A DNA stretch of 57,526 nucleotides, the filler included, from Sluysia triapertura (lineage: Eukaryota): the NCBI GenBank assembly GCA_046118255.1. It is 5 parts of 5 records of this genome, joined end to end, with 100 filler letters (N's around TTAATTAATTAA, not from the genome) between each part and the next. Parts side by side here need not be neighbours in the genome. Positions count along the whole stretch, not along the records: positions 34,116 to 45,501 come from JBJNIA010185257.1; positions 45,602 to 57,526 come from JBJNIA010155715.1; 3 more parts are not named here. One strand, 5' to 3'. Below, one piece after another: positions 38,259-55,100 of this stretch (position 1 is its first letter; the number at the start of each line of letters is the position of its first letter). A program made the translations under genes and the position numbers. Below the pieces are notes generated by a model, which worked only from the letters and a program-made list of their open reading frames with translations, had not been told where the DNA came from and searched no databases.

Positions 38259-41185
38259 CTACTCTAAATTAAGTTTTATTTAAAAAATATTATACGTTAA
38301 TAATCATAAGAAAAATATACATTCATCGATGATGACGATGTTCCGTATAACACCGTAAAACTAACTTTAACTTAATGATAGCGTCTCAAATAATTCTTAT
38401 ATTTCTATAATGAACACAGTTTAGCACAGCACGGTGAAATTCATCGGTTCATTGCTTCCTTCCTAGATCTCCGTTAAGTGATAATCAATTCAAACCGAAG
38501 ATTTCGTAAATCTTAAGTCTTAAAAAACAATCAAAAATTCAAAATAATTAAATCACTTATATCAATAATTTTAAGATTGACATAATAATTTTAAGACTGA
38601 CATAAACTAAAATGTAAAATAATCGATACGATTATTAAATCAATTATGCAAATTGTGATTTTTAATCAAGAAAAACTAAATACAAAATCAATAAAATTGT
38701 GAACTTACAGTAATCACAATGATTGAAATGGTGATGGTGCGAGTGATGACGAATTTGCATGCAGTCAATAAATCAATTCACGATTGATTACAAAAGTATC
38801 ATCAACTTTTATAATATTTCTTGATATTCGGTAGAATAATATTAGATTACATTAAAGTTGCCTTTTGTAATTAATAAACCAATGAAAATATGTGAACAAA
38901 TAATACTTTTTTGCTGAATTAACAATATCATAAATTAATTAAATATTGATTATCAATCTTTTTATCATACTATTTTAACTATCTATATCTTTAATATAGT
39001 GAATGTTGATTTAATATAAAAATATTAAAAATATATATATATATTATTTCATTATTTATGTTTTTCAAAATGGCGAATGAATAAATATAATAAATTAGTG
39101 AATTATATATACATATTCATTGATTAATACATATTTTAATAAGAACGATAAAATATTAAACTTTTCATTTATTTTTTCTCGATGTTTTTACTATTATAAA
39201 TAAAAGAATTATTTTAAAAACAAAATCAAAAATTAAGCAAAAGAAATAGCAATTTTGAGTAGTTGCAGTGAAATATTTACGCATTACGTATCAGTAATAG
39301 TATCTGGTTAATCTAAATATATGAAAAAGAAAAATGAAAATGAAAATCTAAAATAACATAATGAAACTTTTAGCAGTGGAAGAAAAATCAATAAGAAGAA
39401 TAAGTGGAAATAAAATCGATGACATTTTTTTCGTGCATGTTATAAAATTGTTATGTCAATGGACAAAAGAAAAGTCATGAGGTTCAAAAATTCAAAATGT
39501 ATTTTAAAACTTATTTAAATAAAAAAATTTAATGTATTAAATGTTTTGAAGTAGATGAATTCTTCACAATGAGGAAATTGGTTTAGCTCAAACATACATT
39601 TACAGATTTCGGTTGCAAGCCAGGACTTATAAGGTTAAGTATGTGTATCTATAGCTATAAATGAAAAAAAGATGGGAACAAAGGTCTATAAAGCTTTTAT
39701 TTACTCATTCATCAATCAAATTTTATAAAATAAATCACAAAATCTTAAAATTAATATTTTTATACATCAATAGTACAAAAATGTATCTATAACAATGGTA
39801 CAAAATAAGATAGAAAATAATCTCGAAAAGTTCAAAAAGCAATCAAATATAATTGGACAAGTTAAGATTTAAAAGATAAAACTATTTTAATCAATTTTAT
39901 ATGTATTTAAAATTAAATGCATTTTTACAAAACGACATTTCGTTACTAATCAGAAAGACTAAGACAATAAATTTAGCGTTGAATAAAAGTGGATGCATTT
40001 TCTGAAAATTTATTTTTATATCCGTTTTCAAACATTTAAAGAAGAAAAAATTATCATTGTTATTTTCGACAATTTTAGCATTTTCTTTTTTAAAAAATAT
40101 TAAATTTACATTTCTTTTTTAGAAAATTAGTTTCCATTTTTAGAAACTTAAGGATTCCGATGACAACTTAACGTATGATTATCTGGTGATTTACTAGTGA
40201 TTTAGTGCCATCACAAGTTCTGAATGCAATGTATTAGCTTTTAGTTAAAGATTATTATATTAAAGTTGGATTTGGTGTTAGTAAATTGAAATTGATTTTA
40301 GTTTTTTGATGACGATGATGTTTTATAAATTTAAATTATTTAGACGTCTCCAAACCCCAAAGTAACTTAACAAATTTTTAAATAATATATTATGTGAAAT
40401 AGTAAATAGTATGTTATTGATACAAACTAAATAAACAAAGACATTACATTTCTAATATCGCATTTGTTTTAATTTTACATACAGATTCAACAAAAAATGT
40501 ATGACTCATTATTTGTCATGCGTAATTTTTCTTTATTTATTATTGTTTATTTTAGGACGAAAATAAGTATGTTATTTCAGAAAATAACTTCTTTAAAAGA
40601 ATAATAAAGTATAACAATAGTATTAATATAATAACGATAATAATATAATAATTCTAAATAATTAAATCCAATCAAAGTTTGGAATCAAGCATTACTTATC
40701 AAATTCAAATAGAATTAGTTCGATAAATGCATAGAATATTGCAAAAGAATGTGGACAAAATTATTGAAATTTCATTTATTGGTACAGGAAAATGCAATAC
40801 ATTTAACGACACTAACGATTATTTTGGCAAAATATGTTTAAACTACCTTGGCACAAAGATTGATAAAATTGTTACATAATCATAAGTTTGTCGCATTTAA
40901 AGTGACCTAAAATTGATTTAAAATCTTGAGTACATTTTAAAGAACTGGTTAAAATATAATTAAAATAAATTATTACTAATAGTTTGAAATGGTATCTAAT
41001 ATACTTCTATTTGCATATCATGAGTTATAACATGTACATTTTGGCATTAATGTTTAACTGCATTTGTGATCAAATGCTAATTTATAGTTGGTTAGTTACT
41101 TTTGAAATTGAGATTTCCGATTCAACTGTGTTTAGTTTAGTTAATGTAAAGTTAATATATAAACATTAAGATTAAAATTGCTTTC

Positions 41186-41467
41186 TAAGACTAGAATTAA
41201 ATAAGTATTTAAAATCATGTTGACAAGCCTATGTNNNNNNNNNNNNNNNNNNNNNNNNNNNNNNNNNNNNNNNNNNNNNNNNNNNNNNNNNNNNNNNNNN
41301 NNNNNNNNNNNNNNNNNNNNNNNNNNNNNNNNNNTCGGTTATAAGACTAGAATTAAATAAGTATTTAAAATCATGTTGACAAGCCTATGTTCGGTTATAA
41401 GACTAGAATTAAATAAGTATTTAAAATCATGTTGACAAGCCTATGTTCGGTTATAAGACTAGAATTA
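41186..41467. repeat. 56-bp tandem repeat spanning a 100-N gap
   Basis: TAAGACTAGAATTAAATAAGTATTTAAAATCATGTTGACAAGCCTATGTTCGGTTA with identical units starting at 41186, 41342, 41398 and 41454 (first and last partial). Confidence 0.9.
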
Positions 41468-43229
41468 GACGTGGACTTACATATAAATTCTTATATACGC
41501 GAATACGTAATTACTAAACTTTATTATTTATTGACTGAGCTTTCATAATAAAACTATCATTAAATCTGGTGCCGAGCTAAGGATCAACATAAATAAGTTA
41601 AGATTAAAGATTTAACTAAAACATGATTTGAGATAAGTTTAATGTAAGTGTTTGATAGGCCTACAATAGCTTTTCGTATAGATTTGCTTTATTTAAATTG
41701 ATAAGTTTCAGTTTATTTCAGCTATTTCGATAAGTTTATAAATTTTTATTGTTTTTTTTTGATTTCATATGTATAAATTTTTATATGTTTCATTAACCTT
41801 CATTCTATCAATCAGATCTAATGAACCAGAGTGTAAATTTCACAATTTATTTTATTAGTGATATGTTACACGAAAATGGTTTTGAAATGCTTATTTCTTA
41901 TATAGTAGACTAATGGTTGGTTTAAACATTGCTATTTTATGGGTCCAATGAGATTCCGAAGGTGGTCGAAAAATTAAGTTTACTTTGATTTTGATTTCGA
42001 TTTCATTATAAGTTAATATTTAATTTTAATTTAGTGTGTTTAATGTTGTTACGCATTTGTTACACATGAAGTTGGTGAAAAGTAAGGGTTATAAGAGTTG
42101 TGACGTGCTTTATTGCACTAAAGTTATCGGTTTGGGTTTGAATCACCACAATATTAAGAAATTTAATAATAAATTATCTATGTATATTAATAATATGATT
42201 ATTAATGACTTTTACTTATCAAAGTCTTTAGTTTGTATCACTTCTTTTAGGTGTCATGATGTAAAAATATTTCAGATTTTTAACTTCTGGTTACGCTAAA
42301 TATATGCTACTACGAATGGTTGAAAAACAAAAGTACTTTTCTAAGTTTTAAATGAAGTTTCCATTGTCATTGCGATCAAGCTCGCGATAGTGGGCCAAAT
42401 GTTTTTTCGATTTATGTGTTTTGTTGTGTTTTTATTTTTTAACATCCTTTCAATTATAAAAGACAATTAAATGAGTCTTAATCGCAATGTATTACAACTA
42501 AATCACAATATAAATGACAATAAAAATCAAAAAATAGTTAAGTCAATATAATACAGTCCTTTATTCAATAAAATAAAACTCAATCTCAGGGGTTACACAA
42601 CACAAATAAATGTTAGTACCCAGAATACAATAAAAACTCAAGTCTCTCACTAAGCGCAAATAAAATTTAGTCCGATTTCTAATATGTATCTTATATAATT
42701 TTACTTTTAATTTTGATTTTACTTTGATTAATGCTATTAACTTTAATTAATTTTATTATTTTTTAACAAATTTTTAAATTTTATGAATTTTAATGTCGGC
42801 TTAACGTCGTACATTAACTTTTTCATTATAAGCAATTTAAATAAAACAAAATTACGGAACATTAAAAATATTAAATACTAAAAACATACAACAAAATATA
42901 AAACAAATGTTTCATCTCTATACAAGTACATTAACGGTTGAATTTTGGATACCATCGATTATACTGTATCATTTACATATACATACATCCGAACCTTACC
43001 TTGAACTCATTTCAAAATACAACTAAGGAATATCAATATTTAGAACGAAATTCAACCTCATAAAATACTATAATTGTAAAGCAGTTGATTTTAAGCCTAT
43101 TCAGTAACATTACCTGATTCTAACTTACGAACAATGTAAGTATAATTATCATCATTATTACTTTTGTACTTCCATTTTATTAACTGCACAATCGGAAGAA
43201 TTATCTAAAAACCTAAACTTCTGTTAAAC

Positions 43230-44110
43230 TGACGCAGAAAAGGAAGATGCAATCGAAAAAGATTTAAAGAAACATGAACAAGCTATTGCATACTTTGATC
43301 AGAATATGTCCTCCGATGTACGCCGAAAGGCTAAAATGTCTGATACAACAACTGTTATTAATGAGATTAAAGAAAATGATCGTTTGAAAAGATATCAAAG
43401 AAAAGCAATTCATTTGAAGCACACGATAAGATGTCCATGAAAGAAATAGTTTCATTAAATCAAGGAAAACAGAAATTACTGAAGCAAATCAAACAGATGG
43501 AAGAAGAATAAAAAGTTACTTTAGGTATAGAATCTAAAAAATTAAAAAATAGGCTAGAACAAGTATACACGTTACGTAGAAATGAGTCATATGCTCGAAA
43601 ATTATGATTGAGGATATAAACGATAAGCAACAATAAATCGAAGAATTAGAAATCCTGAGGCAGAAAATGCCGATGATTCAGTTATTCTACGTTTAGCTCT
43701 CGAAGAATCTAAGACATGGCACTCGGATGTGTTACACTAAGCCATTCGGAAGTTGTACCGCCATTTATTGTGGATGTTACGAAATCAGGCAGCAGTTCCT
43801 TAATTCAACTCTAAAATTAACTTGATGAAATTGTAATATCAAATATTTGTCATCTAATAATATCTACAATGTGACAAGCGGAGTGCACAGACGAAATTAC
43901 TTATTTTCCAATATACTTCTTTATCTATTTAAACCAAGATTCGGCAGATTCGATCAATGATGCTGTTGCAGAAATTCTCAATCATGAAATCACAATAAAG
44001 TTACTTTCAGAAAGAGAGGAATCATACAAATTAATTTCAGTAATTGACAATATGAAAGATAAAGAATCACGTGTTTATTTCCGAAAATTTTTCAAGAAAA
44101 ACATAACGAA
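43230..44110 (+). pseudogene. Decayed coiled-coil-like coding region
   Basis: EKEDAIEKDLKKHEQAIAYFDQNMSSDVRRKAK..., a frameshift to SFEAHDKMSMKEIVSLNQGKQKLLKQIKQMEEE*, and later DSINDAVAEILNHEITIKLL. Family not recognised. Confidence 0.45.
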
Positions 44111-44737
44111 AATGAAAATTTAACATATAATGATATTTTCAACTGACGTTTAGCCTAAGTGAAATTTTATTTCATTAGTTTTATCGAAAGTGTAGTGTTA
44201 ATTAAACTTAGATAATTTGCTCAAATTAAATTTTAAAGAATAATAATTTTTTGTTTTTTAATGTGTAAGTAAGACTCAAAATATAAAAAATTTTAAAGAA
44301 AACGAGACGAAATTAGTCCGCATACCCTTTAAATTTAAATTACATGCACTTTTATTGCCTGCAATGACATTATTTGATTTTTCCGAGTATGTAGTACTAC
44401 CCGAAGGAGATATTGCAAGCATAGAATTGATTTTCCTAAGTCCGACGAAGCTAATGTAGTTATAGAGATATAAAAGTAAATATTTGTATAAATTAATTGT
44501 AGCAAATAATGTATTACTTCTTGGAAATGGAGACAATTTCAATGCTAAGAAATTAGTGCCTGAAGTAGAAATAAAATGTAGTCATGTATATTGGCTCCGG
44601 ATTTCGTATCAGTGTATATTTATGATAAATTTCTTCCAGTACAGATTTTAATTTGTAATGATTTGAAAAGTAATGAATTACTTGATGATGTACATTTTCA
44701 TGGGATTTTTTATGCTACATTATTTTATAAATAATCT

Positions 44738-44884
44738 TTTAAATGCTTCGAGGAAAATTTTAAATGTCATAAAGAACTTTTCGAACATTATGAAAGGTTT
44801 TTTAAATGTGGTAACGAGATTTTTGAATGTTATAAACATATTTTTAAACGCTATGAAGAATCTTTTAACTGCTATGATGCTCTT
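44738..44884 (+). repeat. Degenerate 21-bp tandem repeat, 7 units
   Basis: Units start at 44738, 44759, 44780, 44801, 44822, 44843 and 44864, with consensus start TTTAAATG. Confidence 0.75.
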
Positions 44885-45425
44885 AAATTCAATAATATAT
44901 ACGGTGTTAAATGTTATTTATATTTTAATTTTAATTTTGAGTTTAAGCGCCTTAAGCACTATTACATACAGTATTTTAATTTTAAAATATATATTTGTTT
45001 ATATATTTGTTATATATTTGTTATATATAAGTTATAAATAAGTTATAAATAAGTTATAAATAAGTTATATATTTGTTTAACGTTACCTTATTTATTTTAT
45101 TTTCGCCAACAAAATCTCCGACATCACTAGATTCCAAGTAGTCTCGATACATGTCATACATAGTCATATCAGATTTTACTTTTCACATTGTTGTATTGGT
45201 ATGTCGCTTTTAAAAAATTCTAATCTTGTATAAAGCCACAAATCACGAAATGTAAATGCTTTTTGAACAAATGAAGATTCACAATATGCCGATTTCAGTG
45301 CTATTGGTTGAGTTTCATTGTGATGATTTGATAACAAGTATAAGGTAATTACGGTAAACTACATCATCGAATGTGGTCTTGGTTTTACATGTAAAGAGCA
45401 AAAGTATTGATTTTTATAGTGAAAT

Positions 45426-45427
<2 letters not shown>

Positions 45428-45495
<68 letters not shown>

Positions 45496-45501
45496 TAATA
45501 A
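45428..45501. repeat. (AAT)n microsatellite ending at a gap
   Basis: Direct reading. Confidence 0.95.
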
Positions 45502-45601
45502 NNNNNNNNNNNNNNNNNNNNNNNNNNNNNNNNNNNNNNNNNNNNTTAATTAATTAANNNNNNNNNNNNNNNNNNNNNNNNNNNNNNNNNNNNNNNNNNN
45601 N
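45502..45601. other. Assembly gap with linker
   Basis: N runs plus TTAATTAATTAA. Confidence 0.95.
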
Positions 45602-46120
45602 TTAAATGGTCTAAGAGAAAGTAAACAATATATTGAATTAAGAGATGATACTGAACCAAACGGTTTGGCAGATTTTGTTGCTCTTCCTTGAAAAATCAAA
45701 AATTTCCGAAATGAAGAAAATGTGAGTGAAAAAAAGATTCAATTTGAACTTATTCAAAATATTAATGCAACAATTAATCTAGTGCTAATCAAATTGCAAA
45801 TAGTATTGCATCAAATTCTTACATTTTTAAAGAGTTTTCAGATTCTTAGTAAACAATGAAATTGTATTTTATTCGAAGTTTTAAAAATAGATTTTATTGT
45901 TTGCTAATAAAATTTAAAATTTCAAGAAAATCTTATGTAAGCATCTTGATGAATTATTAGCAGATTCTACGAATTTCACTTGTTTGAACAATAATTTAAT
46001 TTCCAGAATTGCGGAAAAATATACTGATTTAGATATTAATACCATTATAGATAAAAATAAAATTAAAAAAAATTTAAACAAATACAACAAAATGTATCAA
46101 TTTTAAATTGCAATCCTACA

Positions 46121-46915
46121 GTACCTGCTAGTATTAGTCCTTTACCTGGTTTATGTCTTGGCCAAATCCAACAAGTGTTTGTTTTCATGACAACATTGAT
46201 CAAAGTGACAAATCTGGTCATTTTTCGAATGACTGTTATGGTTCAAATTCAAAAATGTCGTCTATTGACTTGGGATCAACAAATTCATCATCGACTTTGT
46301 TTAATACTGGTACAGGTAATAAAATGTCTAGTGCTCCTACTACAGTACTAGCAACATCAACAGGTGGCCACGTTTCACCATTTGATGCATTTAAATCAAG
46401 TATGGCAGCAGCAAAGTTAGCGGATCGTGCTACATGCGATATCTGCCATAAAGATTTGTGTAATAAATACTTTCTCAGAACTCACAAGTTGAAATTAGAC
46501 GGTATACAAACAATAGATAATAATAACAGTACTAATTCGTCGAAATATCCAAGTAATCACTTGAAGAACCGCTTAGTAACAAATGATCGATAATTTTACA
46601 ATTCGGTAGTGTTAAATAATTTACGGCACACGGATACCAGCAATATACTACCTCTGTCGCAAATAATATTAGTAATATTAATAATATCAACAGCAACAGC
46701 AGCAACAATAGTAATATTAATAATCGTGGTAATGTTAGTAATTTTCACAATAATTTAAAATCACCAAATAATCCGTTTTTATTTTCCACAAATCATCACA
46801 TTAAAACCGATTTAAATCCATTATTAAATTCACAATTACCATTATTTTCTTCAACTTTATCAGCTGCTGCTAATTGTTTAACCAGAAATATAAAACAAAC
46901 TGATAAGAAAATAAT
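46121..46915 (+). pseudogene. Disabled exon of a C2H2 zinc-finger protein
   Basis: CDICHKDLCNKYFLRTHKLKLDGI, in which the second His position is Asp (GAC). Acceptor at 46119-46120, a frameshift near 46150, a stop at 46591 and an Asn-rich continuation in another frame. Confidence 0.65.
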
Positions 46916-48927
46916 GTAAGTTTATGTTGTATTATGTTTTCATGTAAAACAATAGTAATAAGAATAATGATGATGACAATGATGATAATAATATCCAGAG
47001 AACGGGCCAATCAGATTTGTTGTGCTTTATCAAGATGTGTGTATTTTATAAAACTAAAAAATTCAGTTTTGAAGTGATTCTAAAATAAAATGCAATATCA
47101 ATTCATTAACAAACAAGAAATCACATGAGATGAGTTCCAAACCAGATGGACAAATAAAATTTCAAGTTCGAAAACGAATGGGTAAGGCAATAACTGTTTG
47201 TGCGCATTGTTTGAGTGATGAATTAAAAAAACATGCGAACTGATAGGAAAGCAGTATTTATAATAAAAATGTACTATTTGTTTGATAATGCCATATGTTA
47301 ATGTTAAAAACATTTGAATACAAACATAATTAGATTTAATTATGAATCCATGTTCAAGATTAGAAATAACAATTGTGTTATTTTTGTTTTGTATAATTTT
47401 GAAAATGCATTGACGTATTTTTAAGACATAGATAGTGTCGCATTAAGTAAGAAAAACATTTTATTGTTTAATTGCACCTAGTTCCTGGAATGATAGTTGT
47501 GAAATAGTTAAATTGAGATTTACTATAGTATCTCAAGCTATTCCTTTAAATGAGTTAGACGAATGCTGTTTTAAAGAATTACATATTCTTATAAGAAGAC
47601 TGTTTTGATAATTTTAAGATTTAATTGTTTTTATTCTATTTTATATGTTAAAATTTTTCGTTTAAAACAAGTATTACATTTTAAATTTTATAATAGCTTT
47701 TATATTAATTTTGATTTAAAATACAATTACAAGTTAAATAATATAATCACGTTGAATTTTAAATTTTATAAAATTGGTTGTGCTGTTCTGAAATAAGTAT
47801 TAAAGAGCATTAGAGTGCATGTAATTTGCATCCAGATGACGAGCATGCGGTTATATATATTCACGAAGAAGCTGCATTAACAAATTTAAATACCAGTCAT
47901 TGGCGAAACCATCACGTGTCAGCAAGGTTTACCAATAACCTAAGATGTAACAATTCTATGTTTTATATGACTTATTCTATTCAAATGTCAAGAGCGATTA
48001 AAAATTTTATGTCGTGGTCAATAAATAGAATAACTTTGTATTTTTAGATTGTAAAAATTTTGTTTAATAATGAAATTGATACGTGCTTTAAGCACCATTT
48101 TCGTAATCATAATTGTTTAAAGATTTATATGGATTCTAATAATAGATCAGATTATAAAGTTGATTGTAAAACAATAAATAATAATAATTTAGTAAACCAT
48201 AAACATAAAAATCATAATTTTAAAGCCAATAAAAATAATACCACAATAAAAGGTCTTTGGAAATCCAATGTATTCTGCAGTGTTAGAATGATTATAAACA
48301 TTTTATTGTTCATTATTCTTGCTCCAGCAATCTTTAATTATACTTATATTATTATATTTCAGATATTTTATATCACTTTTTCTAATATATATTTTAAATT
48401 ATCTAACATAACATGTTTTCTGTACACTAATTGGGCATTCCCAACATAATGTTTTAGATGATCACAAGTTCAAAAGCACCCTAATGCCTTTAAAGGTTTT
48501 TTAAAGTCTATCTCACAAGCTTCAATAAGGCCTCATTAACCCATATAGGTTTCAGAAACTGCAACACTGCTATAGACGCTGTCATCTTCATAATTCTCAA
48601 TCCAGCAATGTCTATAATATTCAATCTATCACCTCGTTTCAATTATTCCTCCATTTTATGTTGCATCTAATTATATAATCTGTGAAAATATTGTTTATAA
48701 TTCAATCATGAATTATTATGATGTGCAAGAATGTTGGATTATTACATGCTTTTAAGTATATTGAAAAATTAATTGATATAGAAAAATTGAGTATTTATTC
48801 TTGACTCAAAATTTTAAACCTTCTATTAAATTGTACATTTCAAAATAAAAATGATTTGATGAGATTTGATATATTATAAAATTATGTTTATTACTATTTA
48901 TGTTGTTTTAATATTTATTATAATAAA

Positions 48928-52171
<3,244 letters not shown>

Positions 52172-55100
52172 GTTTGTTTATATTAGAGCTTATTAAACCA
52201 TGGGTCGTGATTATGAGTTTTCATTTATGACAGTATTTTATTACAGAAATAAAATTGAAACAAATACAATTATTTTTCTGAAAATAAAATAAATTTACTG
52301 GATTTACTGGAACTGTATATCTCAATTTAATTTTATTGAACTTGCATCTAAGACCACAATCAACTTGTATTTATTTGGTAATACTGGCGCATTGACTAAA
52401 TCAGACAAATTTTCTGCAGTTTAGATCTAAAGTGCTCATTTAAGTCAACTAAATAAGATTCAACATTCGTTTTGAAGGAAAGTTTTAAAAACATTTTGTT
52501 TTGCGCTATTTATTATAATCAGTGGTAAAATATTTGTCCAAGCCACATATATTTTTATGACAATTATAGTAATTCTGTTTTTGTATCCCACTCAGATATT
52601 GTTCCTAGTACCTTCTATAGTGTGCTTTCGGCTAGGTGTAGTTTTATTAAAGTAGAATTTATTTGGTGTAAAGATATCGAAATTGAGTATAAAACTTTTT
52701 GATATATGTTTGTTAAATTCAAATTTTAATTTATTTAGCATAAAAGTATACAAATTAAATTTATCGAGTATTTTAAATAATTGATTATTAAAAGGTACAC
52801 ATTTACCAAAGTTTTTATTAAGGATTATAATCAAATTAAATTTATCAAAAACTAAAGAACACATAAACTAAAGTACATTTATTCGAAGTTTATATTAATT
52901 GTTTTATAAATAAATAATTACGCGATAAAAAATTGTTTAATATAAATTTTATCAAATAATGAAACATCTCTGAACATGTAGGCAAAACTTTAGTGGAATC
53001 AGTATAAAGTAAGGATGAACTAAAAATATATCAATATGAAAATTAAAATATCGTACTTGACATAATAAAAAATATACCTTTTTATAAATTGAATAAAAGA
53101 ATGATTTATGAAATATCATTATAGAAGTCATTGTATTAAATTGAGGTGAGATAATTAGGTGGAAGCTTTGTCGATTATATCACTTACGTTCGTAGTATTT
53201 CGTTGATAAATCACAACATAAATGAGCAACATAACTTGAAAATTGTTGGATGGTTAACATGTTCTTCGATATTATTGATGTTTATCAACATCTTAGATGG
53301 AGTGTGATCATTCATAATGAGAAATCGAATGTTGTAAAGGTTTTTATTTTTACACCTTTTCTTTAATGCATCAATTTTAACATTTACGTACTTTTTGATT
53401 TCTGAGTTCTTGATACAAGATTCTTTATTTCTATATTTATAATGAAGTCTGCAAGATATGGAAAGATATTTTCCTTCAGCTTTATAACTTCTAACACGTT
53501 TTCTACAGATAAATATATGAAGTAGTGAAACAATTGTCTGAGTATCTTTAGAACTACAATTTTCATCTATTTCATTACCAGGTGTATTGTAAGGATGTGA
53601 AAATTTGTTTTCATTTGCACACTTCCAAAATTTTTAAATTGAACTGAATTTTTAAATAATGTACCAACCATTAAAATATAATGCATGAACCGCTATAAAT
53701 TGAGTTGATTCGTTTTTTGCATTAAGCAAAATTTTAAAAATAAGTTTTCATTGGCCAACAATTGGTCAGCAACCAAAGAGACGTCAGAAAAATTTCAAAT
53801 TTGACATAACAAATATTCAAATTTAATAATACAATGAGAATAATAATAACAGTAAAAATGGAATAATAAAAATAAGGATTATAATTAATAATAATAATGA
53901 TAATGAAAATTAAAAATTAAAATAAAAATAAACAAATTTTCTTTACATCAAGACGTTCCTTTTAACTTATCTAATCTTAACCTCTGTTGTTGAATTGTTT
54001 TCTGTGGACGTTGGCTGTCAGTGAGAATAAAATAAAAGAATAGTATAATGAGACGTTTGCGAAGCTTAAAGTGAGGTAATTCAAGGTAGGAAAAGTTTTA
54101 CATGTATTTTGATTCTAAGTTGCAGTGGTTCCACATTGTTCGGAAATATCTCGGGTAAAACATGAACATATCAGAATTGTATTTAAAGGAATATTTGTAA
54201 AATTTTCATTTAATATATTGTAAAATTTTAAACTTATGCATGAATTTAAAATCTATAGTTTTTGTCCTCTTTCTTGAAGACCTGTAACTTATAGTAATGC
54301 TTTGATTGTTTATAGTTACTGCAAGCTTTAACTTTATAGCCATTTATATACTTGTTATTCATGTTATACTTATTCTTTATAATTCTTTTACTGACGGAGC
54401 TGTGAAATCTAACTGTTAATCAAATGACTATCTAATTCATTCACTTTTACCAGTCACTTTTTTAATTCTCTTTGTAATTTAATCATAAATGTATAGTAAC
54501 TCCTTTATGTAAAATAAGTTCAATTCAGAGATTGAGTTCAATATTCGTCTCTGTGCTAATATATACTTTAAAATTTTCTACCTTTGAAATTTGCATGGGT
54601 CTTTAAACTTCTCTAAATTCTACGGACTCACTAAAATTATTATAAATTCGCTAAAAGAAAAACTTAACAAGGAAAAGGCTCTTTAAATTTTCAAAAGCTT
54701 ACTCTTCAGTCCCGATAAAGACCTTCAAAGAAAAATTTTATTCAAGTAATGAACAATCGAACGATTTTGATTATAGATAAAATGAAAATACACAATTTAT
54801 ATTAAAAGTTTTAAAATATATTAATTAAAATTATTTTGTATCCAAATCAAAATTTAATGTTATAATTCTAATAAAATTAGCACAGGAATCATTAACATAT
54901 ACGAAATCGTTTAACTTAACTTTATTATTTTTATGATTTAGTACATTAACATTTATGAAATAATAAAGCCTTTTAAATTTTATTTTAAACTTTTGTACGC
55001 AATTAATACAAAAACGCTCTATAAAGTGGTTTGTTCGGGGGTGAACTTCACACAGAATAAAAATAAAGACACGAGTTTATAAGATTTAGAAAAATAATAA

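Noticed and set aside
41186-41467. CRISPR-like array
   Set aside because: Units are contiguous with no spacers, there are no cas genes, and the context is eukaryotic.
43260-43370. Resemblance to TRIP4/ASC-1
   Set aside because: Too few matching residues, and no zinc finger or DDESDY motif.
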